Shown: positions 39,446 through 50,711, counted from the stretch's first letter. The stretch is DNA of 64,000 bases from Neodothiora populina (GCF_041146345.1 NW_027191404.1:2480001-2544000), one strand, 5' to 3'. Numbers and translations: made by a program. The notes: generated from the letters alone by a model not told the origin.

Positions 39446-39908
39446 TGTTTGATGTAGAGGAGGAGCTTTGGGCTGATGGAGGGGTAGATTCTAAAAGTGT
39501 GGGGGAAAGGGAACACTGACGTCAGCAACACTAATCTCTGTCTTGCTTCACCACGGCATGCATGCCTTACTTTAGCTGCAGAGTGCCTCAGGTGTCTATG
39601 TGAGTTTCTTGTGTTGTACCTTCGGCCGCTGCTTAGCTCCGATGTCTGTATACAGGATGCTACACATGTGTACCTTACCCTTGCTCATCCGCCAAACTAT
39701 CGTGTTTGCATACAGCACAGTACCCTATGATTCCAGCTGTACAGTAGATGAAATCCTCCTGCATGCTTCGCCGAACCTCGGATTGATCGTCAGACTGCTT
39801 GCCAAAGGAAGTAGACATAATCCTCTGATATCCCGAGCTATCCGAACTCGTAGCATGTGAAGATCTGGGTTATTCGTCTCGGCCTGCATATTTCTCTCAA
39901 ACCATCGC

Positions 39909-41602
39909 TTATACAGTTTCGATATATCGTTGAAATTCCCTGGCAGATTGTTAGCTCGTCCTGAACCTCAGGTGAGCATGGGCACCTACCAGTCGGTCAC
40001 CGCCTCGTCGAAAAGACGGATTTCGTGCTCGCGAGTGCCAGCATAGTGATCTACAAAGTCATCACCGAAGACCTCTCTTGCAATGCTGTCCTTGCTCTTG
40101 AATCGATCGTTGGCCTCCTTTAAGCTCTTGGCCAGGCGCGCGCCCGTGTCGTTTGCACTGCCGACATCCTCACCCTTGCCGAGAGGAGGTATCGGAATCT
40201 CCAGCTTCTTCTCGACACCTCGCCAACCAAGTGCGAGGATTGTCGCGAGAACAAGGTAAGCGTTGGTGTCTGCGCCAGGTACTCGAATCTCGAAACGTGT
40301 GGCCTTTGGCGGTGCTGACGGTGGCGCGATCAATCTGATACTTGCTGCGCGGTGCTCCAGACCCCAACTGACAGTAACGGGGGCCCAGAAGTTCTCGACC
40401 AAGCGCTTGTAGCTGTTGATCGTCGGGGCGAGAATAGGCATGACATCGGGCAGGCCCTCGAGGAGACCAGCGAGGAAATGTCTGCCAAGGTCGGATACAT
40501 GACGAAGGTCTTCGTACGGCGGTGACGGGTCGGCTTCCTTTCTGTAGAACAGGTTCTCTCTCGTCTTGGGATCGCATATCGAGACGTGCATGTGCCCACT
40601 GTTGCCCGGAAGGTTTGCACGAGGCTTTGCCATGAAGCACGGCGTGATGCCGTATTTGCCGGCGACAGACTTTACTACCATCCTGGGGAATGTGTTAGCC
40701 AGAGAGCTTTGGGAGACATGTAGAGCAAGCCATACTTGAAGAGAGCGGCCTTGTCCGCCATGGCCTTGATCTCACCGTACTCGAGAGCCTATTCGCACGG
40801 TCAGCAATGGATCAGTATCGATGAAATGTCGCAATCGGGCTTACAGCTTCGAAAACACCGGGTCCGCTCTCGGTATGCCAGCCTTCGATGTTACATCCGA
40901 ACTTCTCGCAAGCGTCGTAGACACCGTAGTAGTAATCTTGGTTGTGGAGAGGGCGGGTGATGCTGTATCCGAACATGCCCTCTGTCAGAGAAGGCAGCTT
41001 GTGCGGAGGGTTCTCTTTGAGGAATCTGGCTGTATTCGAAGAGTTTCTCTCGGAGAGAGGACCTGTGTGTTCGCCGGGCACCTTGAATTGGTAGAACTCG
41101 TACTCGGCTGCAAGCAACGTGATCAGCTGTTCGGTCTCCAAGCATGTCTTGACTCTTGTAGCAACCAACCTCCTGCCAATGCGCCCATGCCTTGCTCCTC
41201 GAGCTTCTTCGAGGCCCTCTCCAACAGACTTCTCGGACAGGCAGACAGACTCTCGCCGCTGGGTTCTCTGAAGCTGACGAGGAAGAAAGGCACGTCTTTC
41301 TCCCACGGTATCCTCCTGAAACTGCTCAGGTCGATCTGTGCAAGGAGATCTCTGTAGCCATTCTCTTTGTTGGAAATCTTGAGCTCTCTGAAGTATGTCT
41401 GGTCATGCATGTCCCAGCCGAAGATGACGGAGCAGAAACCAAAGCCATCGGCAGCGACGGACAGGAACTTCTTCTTGGACATCAGCTTGCCGCGCATGAC
41501 ACCGTCGATGTCGCATCCTGCGACTTTGACGCTGTTGTCATTCTTGAGCAGCTCGGGCAGGTCCTCGATGGACAGGGTCGTGGGGTCTTCGGTGATGGTC
41601 AT
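39909..41602 (-). CDS. Glutamine-synthetase-like gamma-glutamyl-amine ligase (GlnA4/PuuA-type), not canonical GLN1
   Basis: Exons 41602-41170, 41107-40845, 40788-40736, 40682-39990 and 39939-39909. Motifs DIDGVMRGK, EYEFY, HTESGPGVFE, FMAKP..GNSGHMHVS, NSYKRL.NFWAP and RFEIRVPGAD. Confidence 0.9.
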
Positions 41603-42734
41603 CTTTCCGTGGTTTGGAGTGTTTGCGTTTGCGAGGAGAAGGGGAACGTCGAGCTGTCTGGATCAGGTCACCGGGTGCTACAACAAGCGCTGGAGCTTAG
41701 AGCTTAGGCACTGAAGCACGACGACGAAGACGACGACGACGACAACAACAGCAAGAGTCTCGCGCGAGAGGAGATCGTAGACGGACGGATGTTATTGCGA
41801 AACGATGATGACGGAGCGCGCGGTGGAAGTGTGGTAGTGTGGTGGATCAGCTTGGCTGCTCTGCTGTATCTGTATCTGTATCTGTATCTGTATCTGTAGA
41901 TAGACGACGACAGAGATACGGATACAAGTACAAGGATACAACGACTACACAGACTCGGGTTCTATATCCTTTCTAGACTGACGCCGGTCCAAGTGCAAGC
42001 TAATGCGGGCAGGTAAAGATAGAAAGATAACCCTTATCTTATCCGTCATCGCCGTCCAAATCCGTGAAAGGCCGATGCCTGACTAATTGCGAGAGCCCCT
42101 CCGACCAAGAGAGAACATGTCACGAATGAACAATATCTTTTAGTTGAGAAATGTAAATGGCAATCTAGTCCAGCCATGGCATGGGGGAAGCTGCTTTTGG
42201 TTGCGTAATGTTTGAAACAATTCCCGAGGATTGCGCTAGAAGCTGCAGCTGCTGCTTCGAACGACATCGGATAAGGTGACCCTTCTCACGACTTTGAGGG
42301 TAACCTTACGATAACCTTACCGTACCTAGTTTTTATTAGTGACATGTACCTGACCTCAGGTAGTCGGACGGTGGTTTCTGTGACTGTCTGTGACGCGTGA
42401 TACACACTATTCGGAGTAACACGACTTCCCCGTACCGTATCTGGGGGCCCGGGTCAATTTCGTCGATACAACTGTCTCCAAGGGTCTGCAGTCGGTGTGA
42501 GTGATACAAAAATTACATCTGCAGCTGGCTCCCTCTTTTTCTTGTTTGTCATATCCTTCTTCTACTGCCATACATTCAGTGTTGTGCTATTCCTTCACAC
42601 ATCTCTCAATCCCACCTTAGCCTACCAAAGGACCCCTCCATCACACTTGTAGCGGAACTTCTTATCGGAGTCATCCAAAAACTCTTATCGCCTCCCTGTC
42701 CACCAACACAACACACTCACAAACAACATTCACA
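41603..42734. promoter_or_regulatory. Bidirectional promoter rich in GATA sites (putative AreA/NIT2 nitrogen control)
   Basis: GATA-core sites at 41898, 42017, 42025, 42034, 42039, 42269, 42309, 42662 and 42685, plus a (TATCTG)5 array at 41867-41896. Confidence 0.65.
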
Positions 42735-43755
42735 ATGGGTCGTCTGTCGGGAAAGAACGCTATCGTCACCGGCGCTGCTGGGTATGTCTGATGTCTCTTT
42801 TGTTTCTTCTCGCGACTTTCTCAGAATAAAAAGAATACCAGCATGCTGACTGTCGCAGTGGCATTGGTCTCGAGACCACCATTCTATTCGCCCGTGAGGG
42901 TGCCTCGGTCCTGATGGCCGATATCTCAGGGCCTGCTCTCGAGAAGGGACTGGCCAAGGTCAAGGAGCTCGTCCCCCAGGCCGAGGGCAAGCTCACGATC
43001 AAGACCTGCGATGTGAGCAAGGAGTCGGACATCAAAGACATGGTCGAGTCCCTGGACGCGTGGGGCGGTGTCGACATTCTCTTCAACAACGCCGGAATAA
43101 TGCACGCCGATGACGCTGGTGAGTTTGCTTTCGAGTCAATCGCAAGGACAAGAAGTTGCTGACGTGCTCTCGCCAGACGCTGTGGAGACTCCCGAGAAGA
43201 TCTGGGACCTCACCATGAACATCAACGTCAAGGGTGTCTGGTTTGGCAGCAAGCACGCTGTCTTGTCCATGCGCAAGCACAAGAAGACCAAGGGCTCCAT
43301 CATCAACACCGCATCTGTTGTCGCACTCGTGGGATCTGCCACTCCCCAACTCGCTTACACCGCCAGTAAAGGTGCTGTGCTCGCCATGACCCGTGAGTTG
43401 GCCATTGTCCACGCCCGCGAGGGTTTCAGATTCAATGCGCTCTGCCCCGCTCCTCTCAACACTCCTCTTCTCCAGGACTGGCTCGGTGACGACCAGGCCA
43501 AGCGTCACCGCCGTGAGGTTCACTTCCCCTCCGGCCGTTTCGGAGAGGCCATTGAGCAGGCTCAAGCAGTCGTGTTCCTCGCTAGTGACGAGAGCAGCTT
43601 CGTCAACGGCACCGACTTTGTCGTCGACGGTGGCATGACCAGGGTACGTTTTCTCTGTGAGTCACAATCGCATGACCCTTTTCACTGACACAGGACAGGC
43701 CTACGTTACCCCCGAGGGCCCCGCGACCGAGGCACCCGCCAACAACGCCCGCTGA
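42735..43755 (+). CDS. Classical short-chain dehydrogenase/reductase
   Basis: Exons 42735-42781, 42859-43118, 43177-43643 and 43699-43755. Motifs TGAAGGIG, NNAG, YTASK and VDGG..AYVTP. Confidence 0.92.
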
Positions 43756-44340
43756 GCGTCGTCAGAACTATGAACGATTGCTTTGTTCTTGCCGGCGTTG
43801 CTATTTCCACGATGGCGCATCAACATATACATACCTCAATAGACGGATTCTGGGAGCCTCGTTTTCTTTTATTTTTCTTTTCTTCTTTTGCGAGTCCGAG
43901 AGACCGTTTTTGATGGAAACGACATGTGCGGGAGGAGGACCTGATATACCCCCCCCCCCCCCCTGGACACAGGCATGAAAGAGAGATGCTGTTTTTGACC
44001 GAGGGAATTGAGATTTAGCGGGAGCAGGCGCTTCTTATCTTTGCAGAGATCGAGAGACACGAGATATGTTGTTATCGAACGAGTCAGACACTCTGCCCTC
44101 TTCTCGTTCTTCGTGTTTTGCCATTTTGCATCAGTCCCAAAGTGCTAGTTGCTTAGACAGACCATGTATTGCATTTGTATATTTCAGTCGCGACTCGCAA
44201 ACTCGGACGACAATACTTCACACAGCCAACCTCCCCTCTCCACTCTTCTACTGTCCTGCCACATTGCGCCCAAACAGCAAACAGCAACGGCAACAAAAGC
44301 TCCCCTCCTCAAGCGAACCGCCTTATCCCAACCATGCCAC

Positions 44341-45054
44341 TCAAACCTTCTCAGCCCTCTCAACAGCGCCCTTGGGATCCTTGACAATCTGCTGGACGCG
44401 CTGGCCCTCGGCCTTGGCGGCGCTCTCGATCTCCCGGCCCACAGACTCGTTCTTCAAGCTGGATCTGTAGAGCAGGACGCGAGCGGTCTGCGTCATGCCC
44501 ACGAGGAACAGACAGAAGTTCACCGAGGCCAGGCTATTTGACAGGCGCATTAGTTTTTCTCGTCGGGTGATGACTACATGATAGATGGGAAAACAAGGGA
44601 AGTGGGGGAGAGGGAGAGGGAGGGAAGGGACTCGACGTACAAGACGTTTCGCGGCTTGATGATGAAGCACCATCGCGTCCAGATCAGACCCGTGGCCATG
44701 AGGGCGGCGTTTTGTGACAGAGACAGGGCCTCGGCGGGACGTGCGAAGTCGGCTGCTCCGGCGATGACTAGGCCCCACTGTGTGTTGTTTTGCTCGTCAG
44801 TTTTCTTTGTTCTGTTTTCATACTTGGGTTTCTCTGGTGTTGAATTGTTGTATGTGTGAAGGTAAGAGTTTAGTCCTCTGTAGAGGTTGCGCATTGATAG
44901 GCGCATGCAATGCAGCGGGGAGCCGGGTGAGGTCTTGCATGAGAAGAGACTCGACGATCGAGAGTGTGTCATACCTTCATGATGGGAGCCCTGTAGCAAT
45001 CGTAACAATAAGAGTCAGCGAATCGAAACAACAATTGCAGCGAGCCAGCCAGCG

Positions 45055-45086
<32 letters not shown>

Positions 45087-45331
45087 GACCAGTGCCGGAC
45101 CAGCGGCGGGGTACTGCAAGGAAAGAAGAAGAAAGATGCTCACCAGAAATGGACAGTCTTGGGTCCGACCTTGGAGTTCCAGAAAGCGTTCATCTTGCTC
45201 TGGGCCGGAGCCGGAGGCGCGACGGTCTCTGCGGCCTCTGCATATGTGCGCTTCTGGGTCTGCGAGAAGGTCTTGCCGAAGGCGGATTGGCGCAGAGTGT
45301 TGAAGAAACGGAGACCGGCTCGTTGCGACAT
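44341..45331 (-). CDS. MPC2: Mitochondrial pyruvate carrier subunit 2/3
   Basis: Exons 45331-45144, 44990-44975 (16 nt), 44777-44641 and 44533-44341 give GPKTVHFWAPIMKWGLVIAG...ATGLIWTRWCFIIKPRN. Confidence 0.92.
45044..45084. repeat. (CCAG)n-type tetranucleotide microsatellite in MPC2 intron 1
   Basis: Direct reading of the sequence. Confidence 0.85.
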
Positions 45332-45818
45332 TTTGATTTTGGTTTGTTCTGTTTTTCTTTTTCTTTTTTCTTTGTGTCTGAAATTCGGATTGGGATTTGA
45401 TATAAGACTGTGTGATGACCAAAGTGACAGACTTGGTGAATCAGGTCTAGGTGTAAGCTTGAACGAGCTGAACAAGCCGAACAAAGAGGGAGGCCGACAG
45501 TCAGTAGTTCTTACAGTGTATCCAGCTTTAGTCAATACTAGTCTGCAATTAGTTCTAGCGGGCGGCCTTCGGATGGCATATCCAGGTAAAGTCCGATTCC
45601 GTTAGTCGCCAGCCTGCGTCAGAAATGAGGCAGGGATCTGTGAGTAACCAAGTGGATGCCTGACTTCAGTGCAAACAAGCTGCTAAGCAATGCAAACTGG
45701 TCAGCAACGCAGCAATCCAGACTTCCGATTGACTGCGACAAGACAACTCTAGCTGCGTCTCTTCTGTAATTGAAGGTCACCTCAACTCATCTCACACTCC
45801 GACTCGCCAATCCTGATC

Positions 45819-46370
45819 ATGTCCGGCAAATACGCTTTCACCAAGGCCCTCAAGGAGGTGCGATTCCACCACTGCCAGACTTCAGACCACAGCGCCGCCG
45901 TGAGGTCAGTCAAAACAACCTCAGACTCCCTTGCGACACACGCGCTCCATGTCCTACTGCGACCAGACCGACTCTATCGTTGGAGCATCGAGGGCAAAAG
46001 AGCATGGAAGCGTCGAGGGACTACGTCTTGGATCCATACTGACTCGAGCTTCTCTCGCCCTAGATCCTTCCTCACGCGAGCCTACCCTACCATGAAGTCC
46101 AAGAACCCTCACACTCCCATCATGATCCGGGAAGCTCTCGGCATTGAGCCCAGGGTGTTTGCCAGATACGGTATGTCTCGCACAGCAGAATAGCTGTCGC
46201 AAAACTGACATGCATCACAGAGTTCGGACAGGAGAAGATGGCTAGTCTAAAGGGTACGACACTCCAAACCCTTCTCTGCTGACAACATGCTGATTCTTCT
46301 CTTCTCACCAGGTCTGGACGACAAGGCTATCGAGAGCAAGCTTACCGAGCTCCTTGTACAAGGCCAATAG
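45819..46370 (+). CDS. NDUFA2: NADH:ubiquinone oxidoreductase 10.5 kDa subunit (CI-B8)
   Basis: Exons 45819-45904, 46064-46170, 46221-46253 and 46312-46370 give LKEVRFHHCQTS..SAAVRSFLTRAYPTMK..NPHTPIMIREA..PRVFARYEFG. Confidence 0.92.
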
Positions 46371-46673
46371 TTGCCTTCAATTCTGGCGCATTCAAGGAAA
46401 AAAAAAAGACTTGAATTATTATTGCTTTGTATATACCACCGCTGTTTCATGGCCATGCTTCTCAGCTGCTTCTACGCATGACCAATCTCTTTCAAATCAC
46501 TTCTGCTCTTGTTTACGACTCTGTGCAATGGTGTCATGGGACGATGTAAAGAATGAAGTTTTGAAAGCATTAAAACTAAAAATTATCCCAATTACACCAT
46601 GACTCCAAACCCATGCTACGAATGTTCATGCCGCTGTAATGATGCAAATGCAATGCGATGAAACCAAAGACCC

Positions 46674-47813
46674 TTAGGAAACAGGGGCGACCTCGCCGAA
46701 GCGGTACTGTGCCCAACTCATGCTGCCCTCCTCGAAGGTGAACAGCCTCTTGCCCATGTCGCCCTCTGCTGCACCTGCGCCAATGTGGATGGGCAGCAAA
46801 TGCTCGAAAGTCGGGTGCGCTTGACGAGCATCCTTTCTCTTGAGCAACTCAGCCATTGCGCCTTGTCTCGACTCGGGCTATTTGACCGTTAGTGCTTGTT
46901 TTTGATTTGGGTTCGAGGAAGGAGTTCTTGAACTTACAGATTGCTCGACCGCATCCTTCAGTGCTTGATCGAAGCTTGTCGTGTAAGGCATCGCTCCGGG
47001 GCGGCTCATCGACATCCACAGATCACGGAGATTGTGAACAGCCATACCACTGACAATGATCTGGATGCCCTCGTCCCTCAGCGAAGCAACGGCTTTGCCG
47101 AGCTTGTAATGCATATTGGGATCATCGTTGTTGAAGAGACTGACTTGCACGACTGGCACCTTGAGAGGGTTCTTCTCAGGGTTGAAGGCGACTCGGAAAG
47201 GCGCAAAGACGCCGTGGTCGAGTCCTCGCTTGACGCCTTCGGCCTGGAGACCTGCAGAGTTGATTCTGGCAATCACGCTCTCCGCCAAGGCTCTGTTGCC
47301 AACATTGGGATACTTGATCTCATAGTAATGAGGGGGGAAGCCATAGTAACTAGAAATATGTTGGCATTAAATGAATTTGTACGCTTATTCATGGCGCAAA
47401 ACTTACTCGTAGATAAGATCTGTGATCTCGGCAGTGTTCACTTGCACAGTTCTAGGCTCGGCTTGCCAATGTGCACTGAAGACGACGACTCCCTTAGGCT
47501 TGACTTTCTGCGTGATCTCTCTTCCGATCTCCTGCAGCTTTTTGTGCGCAGGGTGCTGGAAATCCTCCATGATGTTCGGGCCGCCATGGGAAAAGAAATA
47601 TACCGGAGTTCTGGTCATGTTGCGTGATAGGTTGCTAGATGTGCTGAAACTCGACAACTCTTTTTGTGGTATAACGGGGGCGGGTCGACCGGCTATTGCA
47701 CTTTTGCTAGCGAAACCTCTTGCCCAGCGATATATGGATGCGTATTGAGACACGGTGATCGCGGCAACAAGTATAAGCAGAGACGTAAAAATCATACGTC
47801 GAGGATGATACAT
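46674..47813 (-). CDS. LigB-family extradiol ring-cleavage dioxygenase (DODA-like)
   Basis: Exons 47813 (or 47618)-47407, 47349-46938 and 46877-46674. Motifs FSHGGP, SAHW, YDYYGFP, RGLDHG, SGMAVHNL and AHPTFEHLLP. Confidence 0.9.
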
Positions 47814-48229
47814 ATGCGTTGTCCGTTATATAGACGATGGAACTTTTCAGATAAGAACAGACTAGTTGCTTCCGAAGAATATATATTCCAATCTCTACTT
47901 TTCTTTGTGTTTATAAACCCGTGTATGAGGTGCTTGCAAATCAGCATAGCCTTTGTCATGGGCGGAAGCGGAATTGCAGCCGCAGCATGACTCGGATGAC
48001 TGTGTGCTGACTATTCCTTGCCTACAGGAGATAAGGTAAGGTACAACACAGTACAGTACTGTGCGCAAACGGTCGCGCCACAGCCAGCTCTCTGTACACA
48101 TAAGCGCAAAGATACCCTTTTGAGTATTTTGTCTTACCCTGACGTTACCCTTATAAAGGTCCATTGAATTCATCTTCCGAAACGTGATTGATCAATTTAT
48201 CAAAACATATACCCTCACAGACATCAATC

Positions 48230-49257
48230 ATGGCATCGGCAGGTCGCGCTCTTGTGGTTCCTGCTCTGAAGCAGCATACTTCTACTATCATTGTCGCACA
48301 CGGTCTAGGAGACAGGTACGGACATATACCTTTGTCTTAAAAGCACTAGGGCTCAATGCTAACATTTGTACAGTGGCGCCGGATGGTAAGCTATACTACT
48401 ACAAGATCGCCTCAATATTTCTTTTGTATTGACTCATTCGCAAAAGGACATGGCTGGCAGAGAACTGGCGCCGCAGGGGCAAGTTCGAGGAGACCGCTTT
48501 CGTCTTTCCCAGCGCTGCTAGCATCCCAATCACTGTTGTACGTATAGGACAGATGGCTCGCTTTTCCAGCCATTCGCTAATATCTCTATAGAGCGGCGGC
48601 CACAATATGCCTGGCTGGTTCGACATAGTAAGACCACGGTCTATACCATCTGTTCGCGCCCTTTCACCTTTATGAAAAATGAATGTATGCTAATCGTTCC
48701 CTAATCATATAGAACTCTCTTGAGGAGATAGACTTCAAGGAGGATGAGACCGGTCTCCTACGAAGCCGCGAATACTTCCACTCGCTCATCGCAGCTGAGA
48801 TCGAGAAGGGTATCCCCTCAGAGAGGATTGTCATCGGAGGATTCTCCCAAGGTGGTGCCATGAGCTTGCTCTCCGGCACAACTTGTCCCACTCGTCTCGG
48901 TGGCATCTTCGGTCTTAGCTGCTTCCTGCCTCTGGAATACAAGCTGAAGGACCTGGTCCCCAAAGATAACCCCAACAAGGTACGTGTACTCGTCGAATCA
49001 CGAAAAAGTTGTAAACACACTCTAATTATATCATGCAGGATACCAAGATTTTCATGGGTCACGGCGACGCCGACCAAGTCATCAGGCTAGAATGGGGCCA
49101 AAGGTCTGCCAACAAGCTGACCGAGATGGGCTGGACCGTCGACCTCAAGACATACCACGGGCTCCCGCACTCGGCGGATCCGGAGGAGATCGACCATCTA
49201 GAATTATATCTCAAGGAGAGGATTCCTGATCTGGGCGATAAGGCATCAAAGGCTTGA
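48230..49257 (+). CDS. Acyl-protein thioesterase 1 / lysophospholipase (phospholipase/carboxylesterase family)
   Basis: Exons 48230-48315, 48374-48385, 48447-48537, 48592-48627, 48713-48979 and 49039-49257. Motifs HGLGDSGAGW, MPGWFDI, GFSQGG, HGDAD and GLPHS form the Ser-Asp-His triad. The stop is TGA in a TGACTAG context. Confidence 0.93.
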
Positions 49258-50711
49258 CTAGCTGGGCCTGCGCCTACTCGAGTCAATGTACTTGGAGTGG
49301 GATTGGCGTTCCTTTTGTTCGTCTTATCGTTAGCATTGATGTTCGGGTATAAACGCAAAACAAAGTCCGACCGCTAAATACCATAGAAAATAGCATAAAG
49401 TACCTCCGTATCTAATTGCTTTTATGACGTTCTACAATGTGCACAACCTCCGAAGCTCAATAGCATTCGTCACTGACACATGATGTTCGCAAACACTGCC
49501 CATCTTCTTACGTACATACATTACATTGCGACAAGACGTACCCCGACAATGTCTAGATCGTATACTATCTTGTGTAGTCGATAAACAAAAAGGTTGCTAA
49601 ATGGCAGATTGCAGGGCTCCGGGATCATGCATTACCTAGCAAGGTAGTGTACCACATCGCGACCGATCGCTTACTTGAGAAAAGCTTTACCAAATCTGCA
49701 TGAAACTCGAAATGAAGATAATCCCCCCTCGACACATGAGCTACCTGGAAACAACAGCCGCAAGGTCTCCTGCTTTGCCAATGATTACCCTAATTGTATA
49801 GCAAAGCTTGACCATAAGGCGCAATAGAGTCCAAGTGGGCGTCGTATATGAATTGAATCTACATGGCGCTTCGATTGGTTTCAGATTGCGAATTCGCAGC
49901 CAACAGCGGCGGGTCCCGCAGACGATGCATTAGAATTGTGAGTCTATTTGGTCTCCGCATTTCGCAAGGGCCGCCAGTGAATTGAACGAATTTCAGCAAA
50001 TGCAGCAGAACAAGCCACTGGAACCCCATCTCGTGATTCTGTTCGATCTAGAGCAGCGCCATCCAAAGCAGTATTGCGGGCTGAAGGCTCTCGCCTAATA
50101 CGCTCCTTCTCTATGTTTTTACCTCGGGAGGACCCATGCTTTTGTGCCTGTCGAATCCTTAAGGAAATTACCTCCCACTTGTTCGGCGGCGCAACGATCC
50201 AGAATGGTCGTCTTACTCGTGTACCATTACCCTTACTGCAATGTTTTATGAGCCGGATCCCGCATATTGCACGATCGCGATGTGGCCCTTGTAACCAGTG
50301 CGTGATTCGTTCGCACTGTGACTTTCGAACATGTCGCGTGTGATGCATGTACGTGCGTGAGTGGTGCGCTCGACCCTACCTCCTTCCTCTTTACTCTCAA
50401 TCCCCATCTTTTTTTTTTATGTCCATGTGCCCGCTTATTGTTTCTAGGTTGTGAGGCGGGTACCTTAATCTAGGTCTAGTAGTTTTTGGCTGGCTGGCCA
50501 TCCCTCAGGTTAGTAGCCGTGGCGCCCGAGAATGAAACCTTGCGATCTTAAGACAGAAAAAGGTAGGTGTGAAAATGGCAAGTCCAGACTGTGCTTTCTT
50601 TTCACTTTCTGTTTGTTGTTCCCGTCTGTGTTACCATTGCCTACTTCTTCCGTCTCCACCTTTTTTCATAATTCACATCCTCTGAGAAAAAACGGATATG
50701 CTATTGTTGTC

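Noticed and set aside
2943..41602. An 'ethanolamine cluster' linking NAPE-PLD, the EutQ-like cupin and the GlnA4-like gene
   Set aside because: The genes are 15-20 kb apart with housekeeping genes between them, and the EutQ label only denotes a cupin fold.
43691..43698. Alternative tandem acceptor in the last SDR intron giving a different C-terminus
   Set aside because: The proximal CAG is only ~5 nt from the branch A. The distal CAG restores the conserved AYVTP.
44991..45143. Stwintron or nested intron in MPC2 intron 1 (internal pyrimidine tract + CAG)
   Set aside because: The internal unit would be only ~30 nt with no branch point.
38424..47813. Aromatic-amine degradation cluster (DLH + GS-like + LigB)
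   Set aside because: It is interrupted by MPC2 and NDUFA2, has no ring-hydroxylating enzyme, and these families are common and scattered in fungi.
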